DNA of 64,000 nt. Source: Klebsormidium nitens (Eukaryota > Plantae > Klebsormidiophyceae). Positions 35,859 through 49,000 of this stretch are shown here, piece after piece. Position 1 is the stretch's first letter, and every line of letters starts with the position of its first letter. The translations under genes and the position numbers were made by a program. The stretch spans positions 1 through 64,000 of the forward strand of contig DF237006.1 in NCBI GenBank assembly GCA_000708835.1, in the 5' to 3' direction. The notes under the pieces were generated by a model, which saw nothing but the letters and a program-made list of their open reading frames with translations, searched no databases and was not told the origin of the DNA.

Positions 35859-37884
35859 CTACCTCTGAATATTCAAGAGTGCTTTCGCTTCCGTCTCTTC
35901 TTTGATGAGCGCCTCACTGGCATACTTACTCAGAAGCTCCTGCTTCTTCCTTTCTAGAACCATCCGCTCAATCTCCTTTTCATCAGGGAGAGGAACATGC
36001 GCCACAAACTCCCTCCTCGCAGGCTCCTCCAAGGAAACCCCCGGCCCATCCTCACGCAACAACTCTGCAAGGTTGGCTTAGACGTGAGATTAGATGAAAG
36101 ACAGAGTGCGTTGGCTATCGCTTACCCTACACTGCGCAACCAAGATTGGCTGGTAGAGCAAGAGTAAGAATCAACACTGTATGATGCTGGAAACGGCTAG
36201 GCTTCAAACATACTTCGATGGGCCTGTTTCAGCTGTTGCGATTGAACGGCTGAAACTCCATTTGAGCAAATTGAATTGCAAGGACATAAGGTGATTTTGA
36301 AATTGATCAACAAGAGTGATGTCAGAAAGCCTTTTGAAACCAGGTTCAAGAACCAGACCTTACAGCCTATATTTGAGAAAAGTATGTATTCATCATTGAC
36401 ACCCGTCTCAGGCAACATTTGCAAGCAACGTGAACGCAACACCGCCACCAAACCAAGCGGTGACCATGCCACACGGGCTCTTTGCTCCCTACTTTCAACA
36501 TGAAAAAAGAACTTGTAAGAAACAATTGCGGTGGACATGTCATATGAGCGGGGCTAACATCTGTTCATTGGGGCACTTGGCTTGAAACACATCGTCTTGC
36601 TTACCTTCCAAGTCCTTGTCTGCCTCCTCGCTTGCGTGCACCGGCTGCACTGTGACCACCTCCCCGCTCTTAACGCTCCGCTTGGCCTCCTGCTTGATGG
36701 CCTCCACCCGCTCCCACTCCCGGATGGCCGCCTCCCGTGCCGCCTTCTCTGCTTCCGCCTCTAGTTGCACCAAGATGCCATCCTCGTCATCCCGGTAGCC
36801 GTAGTAGTCCGCATCGATGCGCTTGAACATCTCATACCTGGAGGCCAGAGAGCACGTTCGTAGGATTGCTTTCAGAAAGACTTCTAGAGGGTTGGCAAGA
36901 GCAGGTCCTGTTGGTTGCGGAAGCTTTCAGCTTGGACGCAAGGAGAATGTGGCTTACTGGGTTGTTCTTGTCAAACAGCAAATGCGGCAGGGGAGTGGAA
37001 AAGGCTCCGCCAGTCCTGTGTTGGATATGAAGAAGTCGATGCAAAGCAAACACCTTGTGCAGGTCTGGGCGCGTCAATCTTTTTGTCATAATGAACTGGA
37101 CGCCACCCCTTTCCTACATTAGCAACTTTATCTTCTCTTGTAAGGCAGCATAACAAACGCGAAGACTGTCGGTGCCCCTTGTTAAGGCTCAAACAGCCCT
37201 TCTTCTTTTCTTTGAGGGGTGGTGGTGGTAGTGGTGGTGATGGTGCTTTCATTTTAAGACATAAGATCCCCAGATTCCCATCCAATGCTTGCCTGAACGC
37301 TTGCTTACAAAGCAGCCTTGCAGATTTTGCCTGAGGGGCAAATTGACCTGTCGCCAAATAACAGATTGATAGTTTTGCAGGAGCCTGCTGACGGCCCCAA
37401 GACAAAAAGAAGCTTCTTATCATCACCTTGATCTGCGTTTCTTGGGCTCTGGCGGCTTGTCAAACAACTCCCGCACCCCCGGCAACGTCTTGGCTGCCCC
37501 AAAATATTTGTACCCCACACCCTTCCCCGTGGCTGCGTCCACCTCATTCCCATCCGAGTCCGTAATCTTTGGACCTGTTTTGGCATAGTCTGGCCCGCCG
37601 AGTTCCAGAATTCTTGCCTCCCAGTGACCCTTTTCTCTGATCAGCTTGTTGATTTCGTCATTCAAGTCCCGCAACCGATGCTCCCCCAAAGCTGGATTCT
37701 GGATTTCTGAAACCTTCCTTCCAATCTCCTTCAGAATCTGATTGCGCCACCGCTCGGCCGTAGGCACATCCGACACTTCGCTTGCTAAGAAGGGTCGCTT
37801 TTCTTTTGGCTTTGCATTTTCTTCTCGCTTGGCCTCCAGAAAACGATTGAGCATCGCCTGCGCCTTCTCCTCATTCCGCGCCAT
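35859..37884 (-). CDS. ISY1: Pre-mRNA-splicing factor ISY1 (NTC component)
   Basis: MARNEEKAQAMLNRF, AERWRNQILKEIGRKVSEIQN, RLRDLNDEINKLIREKGHWE, LGGPDY, YKYFGAAKTLPGVRELF, YYGYRDDEDG and FVAHVPLPDEKEIERMVLERKKQELLSKY. Three exons. Confidence 0.97.
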
Positions 37885-38701
37885 GATTGCCGCTTATTTG
37901 CAGCGCTTTAAACCGGGTGTTGTACTTCAAGGTCCGCCGCAACTGCAGACTGGGTCCAGAGCTGGAAATTATGGTTCTCTACCACGCGCCCTTCGTTCAC
38001 TTGTCACCGCCGCCTCCTGGACCTCTTCCTCACCTCTTCTGACCTGAGCCTGAGGCTGTGGCCCTGGGGACACCGAAACAGCACTCGGTGCTGGCAGCCC
38101 GCGCGCGCCCTGAGCGCGCGAAATGCGGCCAAGCCCGACTGCCCTGCAACAGTTTGACTTTGATCGGACGGCTTCAAGAGCCTCTCCTTGGTGTATACAC
38201 AGAAAGGCTGACACGCGCGCGTAGCGGAGAGTTCCGACGGCTGGTTCCGACAGTGCTCAGTGGCCGACTCCTGCCTTATCTGCCCTAGTTCTGCTTGCTC
38301 AGGTCAAAGCGCACGCTACAGCTAGTAGGGCCAAGGCGTGGCAACTGAGCATAGTAGGCCTGGGTATCAATGTGGTAGAGAGGTTTCGGCGGAGAAGATC
38401 GCGCTGAGGTGAGGTGAGGTGAGGTTTTTGGCCAGTGCCAATCAGCAACTTGATCAGAGGCTGACTTTACACAAGCTAGGGTCGTCGCCGTAGGTCTGAA
38501 GCAGAACGAGTTACATGTATTAGGCGTGGGCAGGTCAAGAATCTGCATCAGCAGGGCTGGCAGAAAGTGTTCCTTGATGGTCAATGTCACTGGACCTGAG
38601 CTGTAGAAAAGGAGCCTGCTGACAGGAGCTCGCGTGTGCCCACTTTCAGGGGCTGCCAACCTGCGCTGTCAGCTGTATGCAGTGCTGGCAATGTGCCCCG
38701 T

Positions 38702-41700
38702 ATGGACCTGCTCTCCTGGGACCACCACGAGGAGCACGAGAACCTTGAGCCTGCACCTGAGGTCAGCAGCAGCGGCTCCGAGGCGAGTGTGATTAGCAAG
38801 CGCAAGAAAGCAGCAGGCCGCCCGCGAGAAAAGGCTGCCAATGCCGACGAGGATACAAGCTCCGGCCCGCCCTCTCCCCCGCCTAAACGGTGAGGTGCTA
38901 GTAGTAGCTCGCTCATGGATCCCGCAAGAGAGCCTGCTGAGCTCAGCGGCACGCTCAACCAACGGTAATTGACAGCTCCTGGGAGGACAATATGCACGAA
39001 TTACAGCAGCAGGTTTAAAAGGCTCGCAAGTGTAAACATCTGCGGAGTTTGCTAGGGCTCTACGGTATATTTGGAGCCCTTGGGGAGGGCAGCATTCCCT
39101 GCAATGCTTCCGTGGATGTCAACTGCTGTCCAGTTCTGCGGCATGCTCGCTGACCATGTCTTTGCTGTGTGCCCAGGTTGGGGGGGCAGCTGGCGGCGGC
39201 GCTGCCGGTGTTGTCGGACATTGCGGAGCTGTACGAAGCGAGCCAGGCGCATAAGCGGGCCAACCAAGAGGCCATCCAGCAGCTGCTGGCCCAGGTCAGT
39301 GTGCCACTGTGTACACCGCCAGCCATGACGCACGAGAAGAGTCAGCAGGCAACCAGAAGCACCGGCCATGACGAAATGCTGATGGTGGTAATTCTCTGCG
39401 TGCGCACTGGTTTGCCCTGACTGCTGTGTGCCTCGTTGGTCCGTGCAGATCCACAGCCTGCAGCGGCAGCTCCTCCAACCTCTCCAAGGCAAGGCCCCGC
39501 TCGGACGCTTCAACCCCCACCACCCACGACATTGACCCGTCAGCCATCCGCATCTCTGCCACTGCCATGCAGCAGCCCTACTGGCGTTCTTCCACATGCG
39601 ATTGTGTTTTGTCTGTCAGCCATGCCTGCCCCTCAGACTCGCTGCTTGTCCTTGCAGATGCGGGTCCCAGCGGGTCCACTTCGGAGCTTGAGGCAACAGT
39701 GGCGGGGCAGGTCAACAAACTGGACAAGCAGGTGAGCGGGGCGCAGGACAGCGCGAGTGTGCTGGGGGGTGGACCGATGCCTGGAGGGGGCACAGTGTGT
39801 CAACGTAGGGGCATGTATGCACAAGCCGTGTTGGGTGACGCTGTTGTGGGCGGGTGGCGCAGGTGAGGGAGCTGTCGCGCGAGTACGACCGGCTGCACCG
39901 CATCATCGAGAGCCGCGAGGGCCAGCTGCACAACCTGCACGTGCTCGAGCACACCAACAAGCAGGCAAGCCGCGCAACTAGGCCCACTCCGCGCTGCACT
40001 CTCTGTGCCATGTCGCCATCACAACCACAACGCACGTCATTGTCCTGCAAGCGCTCCCTTGCCTGGACTCCTTCGTACTACACATAACGTGAACGTCCAA
40101 TTCGGCGGTGGTTCTGCAGATCTATGCCGCTATTGTGGTTGGCCCCAGCCCTGATGCGCTGCGGCTGGATGCCCACCTCCGCTCCGAGGACCACCCGGAT
40201 GCCCAGGACGCAACCACCAGCACGCCCACGCTGCCCGCCATTCAACGGTTAGGAAGGCGGCCCCCTTGCTTAAGTACAGGACATGATGGCTCAGGTCAAC
40301 AAACTGATTCAATCAGGAGTGCAGAAGCGCTTCATCGCTTGATTCCTGATAGGTTGTGTAGCCCAGTTGACGCATTCTATGGGCTACATGTCGATGAAGG
40401 CAGTTGTAAAAATGGTTGCACTCGGCAGATGGTGACGCTTGCCTTTCCCTGCCTGTGATCAACTGACACAGCGCCCCGTCACTGTCAGGAAACCCCACCG
40501 CGGCCCTTCGCCCTACATCTCCCGCGCGCGCAGCGCCTCTCCTCGCCACGGCCCTCCTTCCCCCCTCAGCAGAAGCGCGGAGTGGGCTACCCCCAGAGGC
40601 AGTGCGGGCGTGCATGAGAGCCGGTCCGTGGACTTTGGACGCAGTAGCAGGCAGGCCGCCCGGGGCCGCAGCCAAACGTCCCTGGGACACTCCCGAGCGC
40701 ACGAGCCGCGTGCGGCGGGGGGTCGGCAGCTAAATAGTGCTCGAACAAGCTCCACGCATGCACACCATGCGCCGTCCACGAATGGGGGGGTCAATTCCGT
40801 ACACAGTAAGACGGATGGTGCTGAGGCAGAAGACGGGGAGGAAGCAGGGGGCGAGATGGATGACTTGGAATGGGACGTGGCGCCGGAGCAGGCGAGCATG
40901 CTGCGCGAGGCGTACATGCGGGGGCTGCTGGCGGACACGCGCGCGTTTGTGGCAGGGCGCAGGGAGGTCCTGGCCGTAGGGAAGACGTTCCTGCAAGTGG
41001 CGGCCAGGCTGGAGGTACGAAAACGAGAGGCGGCCAGGGCACGCAGCCACGAGCAGGGCATGCAGCGCTGTCTGGCCGTGCGGGATCGCGATGACCATTC
41101 CTTCTGCTGGAAGCCAGCTGCTGCAGGAGCCAGTTAGGAAGGGTCCTTGAGATCCACGTCCCGTTGAAGCATATCGCAGCAATTGTTGCAAAGGCACACA
41201 AGTCCATGGTTCCAATTTTTATGACAGATTATGGCAAGTTCGGCCCGGAGAGCAGCACAGAGTGCACACAAAAGTGGGCCAACTTTAGGTCCGGAGCTAG
41301 CGGGGCCCTATGTGTGGCACTAGCAGTTACTTACCTTCTTGTGGTTGGATACTGCAGAAGGAGCGGTTGGCGCTGAACCCGACGGTGCAGGCCGCGCAGG
41401 CCGCCCTACGGCAGGCCCACGAGGAGACCCTCAAGATGCTGGCCACGTACAAGGTGAGCACGCAGCAAACGGGGCACCGCCGCCTACATGACGTAGAGTC
41501 TAAGGTTTCTGGGAAAGGTCACAGCAGTATGCTGGATTTGAAGCATTGTTGCCGTGTGCGCAAGCGACCCGCCGTTTGCCAGTATGGCAGGGGCTGTTTT
41601 TTGTCGGGTACGGTGACACGGTGTGCTGGCGGGGTGCAGGAGGCGGAGCATGCGCGGGAGTTGGCGAGCGGGGCGCTGCGGCTGGCGCAGGCGCAGCTGG

Positions 41701-44700
41701 AGAGGCGGCGGAAGGACTGGGCGCGCCGGCTGGTGGAGAAAGACCAGGTCAGACCACGCACCCGGCTGAGGCTGCTCTGTCGTTCCATCCTGTTTCAGGA
41801 GCATCTTTGGCTTACGTCGAGAGCCGTCCGCGGGCATGGGTGGCTGACGTGTGGGTGCGCTGTGGTGGGCAGGTGAACCAACTGAAGGGGGACGTGCGCG
41901 CGCTGCTCAAGTCGCGGGAGCAGCAGCGGAAAGCCATCCAGGCCAAGGCGCAAGGCCGGCGGGAACAGGTGAGGTGCGAGGAGAGTTCAGTTGGACATTT
42001 GGAACAAGGGAGAGGAGAAGGACGGGTCCGGGGCACGGGCGGCAAATGCCGACGAATTGGGAGCTTCGAGTCTACTAGTCGAACGCTGCACGAGGGGTTC
42101 TCGTTGACGATTCAGACTCCTTCGCATGACAAAGTGAGGGCCAGAGATGCCACTTCAAGGTTGACGCTGTTCTGCTCCTCTTTATGACGCCCTGCGTGCT
42201 CCATCGTAGGAGGCGAAGGCCAAGGCGCAGGCCCTCGCGCGCGCCCTGGGGGCGGGCGCCGGGTCGGGCGCGGCGGAGCGGGTGGACGTGGAGGGCGAGA
42301 AGCTGAGCAAGCGGTTCAGCATGATGATGGCCGCCTCGGGGTGCAAGAACCTGCGCGACCTCGTGTACAAGGTCTGCACGCAGACCGACCAGCACGCGCA
42401 CCTCACAGGTACGCAGACCGCGGCGCCGCGCATGGCCCCATGCGCAGTCACCTGTTGAAATGTCGAAATGTTGAAATTTGAGGGCGGCCGAAAGCTTGCC
42501 TTGACAGAACTACGTCTTTTCGTAACAAGACAAGCGCCGCCGGCACGGCCACGCCGCAAGCTTTCAGCCGCTGGATAGGACTCACTTTCCTGATTCCCTT
42601 TGTTGTGTTGCAGTGGACGCGGAGGACAGCAAGGCCAAGGTGGCGGCACTGCGGGGTGAGTCAGCATGGCCAGCGACTATCTTCCCACGAGTGGCCTCGT
42701 CCGCATGTATGCCTCTTTCGTTTCCACCGTCTCAAGCACGTCTCGCAGACTGCTTTTGTTCTGTCGATAAGTTTGTTGACCGCTTTGCGTTTGCGTGGCT
42801 TTCAGAGGAGGCGGCCCGGCTGCAGTCGCAGCTGCGCGACCTGCACTTCGTGGAGGCGGGCATGCTGGACAACCGCAAGAAGATCGACCTCGCGGGGGAG
42901 GCGCTCGCGCTCGCGGAGCGAAAGGCCGCCGACGCCACCCTCCGGTACGCCCCCTCCCCAATGGTTCCTCCCCGCGTGTGTGCAAAGCGCGCCGGCCCCA
43001 CTTGAAGGCTGCGCTGCGGGCTGCCTGCGACTGTGGTGTCTTCTCCAATGCAAAGTTCCTTTCGATGCAGCTTCGATCCACGCCAGTAGTGCACTAGGCT
43101 TCCCATGATGCTGCTTGGAGTGTCGCATGGCCCTCAAGCTCCAGCTGACACTCCGCGCGCGGCGGCTGGCAGGTGCGAGCGCGCGTTCCAGGTGCTGGCG
43201 AGCTCGCGCACCGGCATCGAGCACCTCGCGCTGCAGCTGGGCCTGCCCAAGCTGCCAGACCCCAAGCCCGCGCAACCCCGCGCCAGCCTCACCACGACGC
43301 GGCCGCTCCTCGCCNCACTCCGCCTCACTCCGCCCACCGCGCCACCGCCGCCCGNNNNNNNNNNNNNNNNNNNNNNNNNNNNNNNNNNNNNNNNNNNNNN
43401 NNNNNNNNNNNNNNNNNNNNNNNNNNNNNNNNNNNNNNNNNNNNNNNNNNNNNNNNNNNNNNNNNNNNNNNNNNNNNNNNNNNNNNNNNNNNNNNNNNNN
43501 NNNNNNNNNNNNNNNNNNNNNNNNNNNNNNNNNNNNNNNNNNNNNNNNNNNNNNNNNNNNNNNNNNNNNNNNNNNNNNNNNNNNNNNNNNNNNNNNNNNN
43601 NNNNNNNNNNNNNNNNNNNNNNNNNNNNNNNNNNNNNNNNNNNNNNNNNNNNNNNNNNNNNNNNNNNNNNNNNNNNNNNNNNNNNNNNNNNNNNNNNNNN
43701 NNNNNNNNNNNNNNNNNNNNNNNNNNNNGCCCGGGCGGGCTGGAGGACGGCGAGGGGGCGGCGGGGGGAAGACGGGCTGGCGGGAAGGGGCTGCACGTGC
43801 GCGTGGTGGAGCCGGGGAAGGGGGCCGGGGGCCAAGAAAGCCAAGGGGGGCCGCAAGGACGGGGGGGGGGGCATGTCCGCGATGGCCAAGGGGCTGCAAA
43901 TGCAGACGGTGAGGCGCGCCCCCCGCAGAGGGATCCCCTTAGAGACTGCACAATACCAGCGGGAAAGCTTACTGAGCCATGGCCGGCGTGCAATGATTGG
44001 CACACTTCACTAAACCTTCATCTTATAGCCGCTGTGCGTTCACGGCTCCCAGGCGGGAGTCCTGCCTTCGGCCGCTTAGCGGCTGATGCGCTGGTGGCTC
44101 GTCCTGGCTCACCCGCGCGCTGCTTGTGGCAGGTGTCCCGGCTGTGGCTGGAGGACGCGCGGCTGTCCGCGCACGACGACGCGCACGCGGACGGAGCGGG
44201 GCCCAGCAGCAGCGACGAAGAGCAGGACGGGCACAGGTAAGGCGGTAACGAAAGCTGGGCACTGGAGAGCAGGCTGGGGACAGGAGGGATGGGCTTGTAA
44301 GCATGACGGCTGCGGTCACTCGGTGCGCGTTCGTTTGACGCCAGTGGCAACGCGTTAGCAGTGACGCTGGTTTCTGAGAAAGTCGGTCCAGGCAGATTTA
44401 GAAAGGCCTCTACGCAAGGCGAAAATGATGCCGCCTCAGTCACTCCATGAAATCAAAGTTTTGTCTTTTGACTGCAGTGGACGGGTCTCGCTCGTCCGCT
44501 CGCGCACTCACAGCGACGTCGAGAGCCGGCCGCCCCGGCCCCCCGGCAAGGGAAACGCCCGGACGTCCAACTTCCACGCCCCGAGAAGGAAAGCCCCATT
44601 GCCCGCAAAAGGCGCAATTCCGGAGGCTCCGGATGCCGACGACTTGCTGCAGCCCGTGCGAACACGGGAGGACATCAAGAAAGAGGCGGCAGCGAGGATG

Positions 44701-44757
44701 CATCCGACACACGATGCTCGGGAACCCGTTGCTCGGGAACCCGTCTGTGTAGGCTAA
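38702..44757 (+). CDS. CCDC151: Coiled-coil protein of the outer dynein arm docking complex family (CCDC151/ODAD3- or DCC1-like)
   Basis: Long coiled-coil exons. The segment AASGCKNLRDLVYKVCTQTDQHAHL...LRDLHFVEAGMLDNRKKID...RTGIEHLALQL resembles, from memory, the CCDC151/ODA-DC core (TGV..V.EVIQKFLTQ..TH..L ... KAGI.HLA.KL). C-terminal VRTREDIKKEA. Start and some exons are uncertain and an N-gap lies inside. Confidence 0.62.
43355..43728. other. Assembly gap (374 N; a single N also at 43315)
   Basis: Run of N within the GC-rich part of the coiled-coil gene. Confidence 1.
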
Positions 44758-45433
44758 CGAAAGGGGCAGGGGAGACTGGTGGCTAAGATGATCAGTACGG
44801 TTTCTTCCTGCAACTTTTTACGTCACGCTCAGTCATTTGCAGATGCTATTGGCCGGCGAGTCGACTCTTCATGCTATGGCGTACATGCATTTGTGGCGGC
44901 CGCGCCCCATGTGTAAACCAACCACAAATGTTGAGAGCAGCGACCATTCTGAACGCAGTTGGCTGCACTATGTAGCATCCGATCCGGGCCACGAACTCAT
45001 CCGAGCTCATACGGACGGCCCCGGTCCCACGCGCGTGCAGTCAAAGCTCATCAGCCGTTAGTAGCTGCTATGGCATCAGGCATACGTTCATGCCTATTTA
45101 CGGACGCACCGACAGAGATATATAAGCTCGCACAGTGCACGTCATGCCGCGTATCGAGCTCTAGGGATTGTACCCTCAATGACACGTACATTGATGCGAT
45201 CAAGCTATAGAATTTGCGTGCACACACAGATTAGTAAATCCTTGCGCAAGCGAGTCGCACTGGACTCGATGGTCTCTTTCGTCGGGCTCCACAGAAGCAG
45301 CTCTAGTGCGGCGATCCACACATCGACAAAGGTATCTTGCAAAGGACCGCGTTGTCATACGTGTATACCGCATCCGGCCTTGCCGTAACCCCGGGTATGA
45401 TATGCAATGTACCATCAGGGCCCCTTTGTAGGC

Positions 45434-45464
45434 CCCTAAAACCCTAGAACCCTAGAACCCGAAA
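45434..45464 (+). repeat. Short telomere-like 8-bp tandem repeat
   Basis: CCCTAAAA-CCCTAGAA-CCCTAGAA-CCCGAAA, the C-strand of TTTTAGGG/TTCTAGGG, lying between two convergent genes. Confidence 0.55.
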
Positions 45465-46029
45465 TCAGCGCATACCAGAATTAGCTTGACTTAAATGGTT
45501 TCAGATTTCCATAGCTGTAGTTACACGCAAACCTTACTGCACTGATAGACAATCCTCGATGCCGCCTCAGACATTGCTCTAGCTTTTCCAGATGATGCAA
45601 CGGGGCCAGCGTAATCCAAACGGCTTCAAGTGGAACCGGTGGTTGCACCCTAGCTAGGGCTGACGCCAGCTCAAGAACTGTAGGATTGAAATGACCCGAC
45701 TCGGAGATGCAGAGCAATAACTGCACCTTAACGTTCCGATCCGCATGGTGCACATCTCCCCCAAATGCAAGCTGCTTGAGCCGACAAAGTTTTGAACCTG
45801 CGTAAGGAGGAACTCGGAGGTCGAAGCTTGACACCTCCCTCTGTGAACCTCCAGCATACCTGCCACCTTGTGTCCGCATCGGTCTGAGCTTCATTACGTT
45901 GATCAACACGCAACTCTGATGTGTCAACCAGCAGATCTGTCCTCGGCTGTCCCAGGCAAAAAGATACGCGGATCGGACTGCAATTGTCTGCTGACGCTAG
46001 TTGTCTCTGCAAGTACTCGCTAGCGCTGC

Positions 46030-49000
46030 TCAACCCTTATCTCCAATTTCTTCAATCATCATGTCGGGATCTCGTGCAGTAAAGAAACGGTGAACCTTCT
46101 CCGACAACTTGGGCCCCACTCGGCGGCTCGACTCCTGGCCCGGCTGCGAGCCTTCGCCAAAGCCAATGGTCCGCGGGAGGTCCTTCAAGAGCGCCGCCTT
46201 CTCCTGGGCCTGCAAACAGGAGCCAGATGCTCAAACACAAGGGTGACTACTCCCTGAGGGACCCTAAAACAGGCAAGGCAGAACATGGAGCCCCGGGGGG
46301 CTGGACATCTCGCTTCGATCATCGGAAGGTGAACACACAAAGGGACAAGGGTGGTACGTCGGGTGTCCAGCACCACCAAGAAAGTCATCCAGAGAAAGCG
46401 TACCTGCATCAAAAGCATACATTGCATCTTTCGTTCTTGGCTGTCTTTCTAAGGTACACAACTCAAGCTGGTCAACCGAAGAGTTGCGTTTGTCTCGATC
46501 CCCAGCCTGTCGGCTTCCTTTCTTTTCAGGACGAATGAACAGGCCACACGCAGCTCATCAGAAGGGTTCTGCAGACTGGCACATCGCGTTTGGAGCAGAA
46601 CAGCCTGCCGGGGGCCTGACCGTGGTGGTGGGGTGGTGGTAGGCGTCCAGGAGGGAGCGCAGCGTGGGGTAGCGCCGCTTGATGGCCTCCGCCACGTTGA
46701 TGGACACGCCGTCCAGCAGCGTCAGCCCCTTCAGCCTGCCACCACAGCACACCCACCACCGCGCTGAGCCACACGGAGTTATCCCCAGACAGCAACAGGC
46801 GGCTACTTCGACTGGCGGCATGGCTCATGTTCAGAGGAAACCAGCACATAAGAGCCAATCGTCACGCCATCCATCAACATCTTCGACCCGTCAAGCGTCA
46901 GGAGAAGTCCCGATAGACGGGTGGTCCAGGCAATCAGCCTCTAGATCTAAGAAACATGTATAGGGGGATCCCCACTCGCCAAGCTTCTAACACGGCATGC
47001 CACTTTTTGGGAGTGAGCCTGGCCGCTCACCAGGGCCACTTCTTGAGGCGTGCCTTGTCCGACGGCTTCAGGTGGTTGCCCCCGCCGAAGGTGCCCACCA
47101 CCGTCGACGCCTTCCTGCAAAACACCAGCAGCGTGTGCACGCCGTCAGCCTCCATGTTGGAGAATCGCAGCACCCCTGCGTCTCCTCACACCTCGACGTG
47201 TGCGAGTTTCGAGACTGTGCCGTTTGAGAGCGCTGTAGTCTCACGAGCGAAGCAGTGCAGAGCTACATGGCAGTGCAACCCACGCCAGCCGCCTCTCTGC
47301 CAATCCTGCTGCGCTGCATGCTCACTTGTAGGGCGCCTCTGCGTGGCCGCGCGTGAGGTTCGCGATGTGCTCCGCGGCCTCGTTGTCGTCCTTGGGGGTG
47401 CAGCTGCGCACGCGGTCATAGTGCACGCACAGCCGCGCCAGCGCCTCGTCCACCCCGGGGTCCACCCACGCCACGTGCCCCGCCACGCCCGCCTTCTTGT
47501 AATCTTCCGCCTTCCTGCATGCGCACACCCAGCATCCAACAGGGACAGAACGAGCAAGCCACCACAAGAGCCGACAAACTTTGTCCAGCATCTCTGTGTA
47601 TCTTCATCTAAATGCGGCCAGCAGTCGAGTGGCCGTTGTCTGGGCAATACAAGGGGTGGTGTGCGGCCCTCACCGCTGTTTGATGTACTTGCGTAGCTCG
47701 GGGACGAGCAGGCAGACGGTCCAGCCGGGGTGGCACACGCTGGCGGCCTCCAGCGTGGTCCACAGCGACCCGGTGCGCACCATGTCGCAGAACACAGCGG
47801 CAGAGTACACCAGCACTACGTATGGCACATCAACCTCCTGCCAGAGAGAGACCGACATGTCGAATACAGAAGATCTGGTTGACCAGTAAGCGGGCCCAGA
47901 CAGAACCAATTCAGATCTTTGTGCACCAGGCCTGCAAGTATAGGATAAATACGAAGTACGCCGCCTTGCAGTTTCGATTCCGTTATATGCCGGCCCGGAT
48001 TCCTAGTGGAAGAGCGACTCGGACGGTAATCATTGATGAGAACGACAATTCGGCGCACTTCCCCAGTAAAGCATGCCTACCATCTTGTTAATTGGGAAGT
48101 GGTCCTGCGTACCACCACCATGAGGTCTATCTTCAAGATTTTGCCAGTTCACTGGACACTGGGAAAGAGTGGTGATTATGAGCCCTTGAATACATGGACC
48201 TCTATTGTTACACTCAAAACGAATATTATGGCGCCAGATACACCTGACTGCACTGCGAGGTTGACATCCAACTTATCTGAAGGAACTCTGGCTCGATTCG
48301 ACTCGGGGTTCATGCCTCAATCAAGTCGCTCACCTTTTCAGCAAATCTTATGCCAGGCATTCTGGTGATGGCAAGAAAGGTGATGTGTAAAGAGGTCAAG
48401 GCCGTGGCAGCATTTGACCCGCGATATGACCGACATAAGAGTCCTCATGCGCAGGACGTCACCAAGCAGTCTTGTGCATGGGTGCTGTCCTCACCTCCCC
48501 CTCGACCTGCGAGTCCGGCTGTGACTCCGGTGCTTGACTCTGGCTCTCGAATTCGTCTTGCGTACCCACTCGGCTGCGGTAGTGCACGCGCCGCCAGGTG
48601 ATGGAGAAGTCCATTGCGTTGGCACAGCACTCAAACTTGAGCTGCTTTGACTGCAGCTCCAAGGTCAGCATCACTGCACACCACCAGACAAATTGTGTTG
48701 AGAAGCTCGGCTGGGTCCTGACTTCAATCCCCACAGGGAGGATTTCTGGTCAACAACGTCTCGTGGAGAAGAAGGCCGCTTCGACATGGACTGGACTTGG
48801 TGCCAACATCCTGACAGCATGTGGACCAAATTCGCACTTTTGGAACCCTCCCAGGCTTAGTACCCTTACTAGCCTGTGGGCCACTTTGGACTCCTGGATA
48901 CCCGTACTGGTTATCCATGGTAAAGTGTACCGAATTCTGGCGGCGGTCAAACCACCGGACCACAGAAACTCCCCAGTCATTCATGACTTCCCAGCCAATA

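Noticed and set aside
44716-44745. 15-bp coding duplication (AREPV twice) containing GTTGCTCGGGA, similar to the family-A TIR
   Set aside because: The match is too short and has no partner or TSD; a simple slippage duplication explains it.
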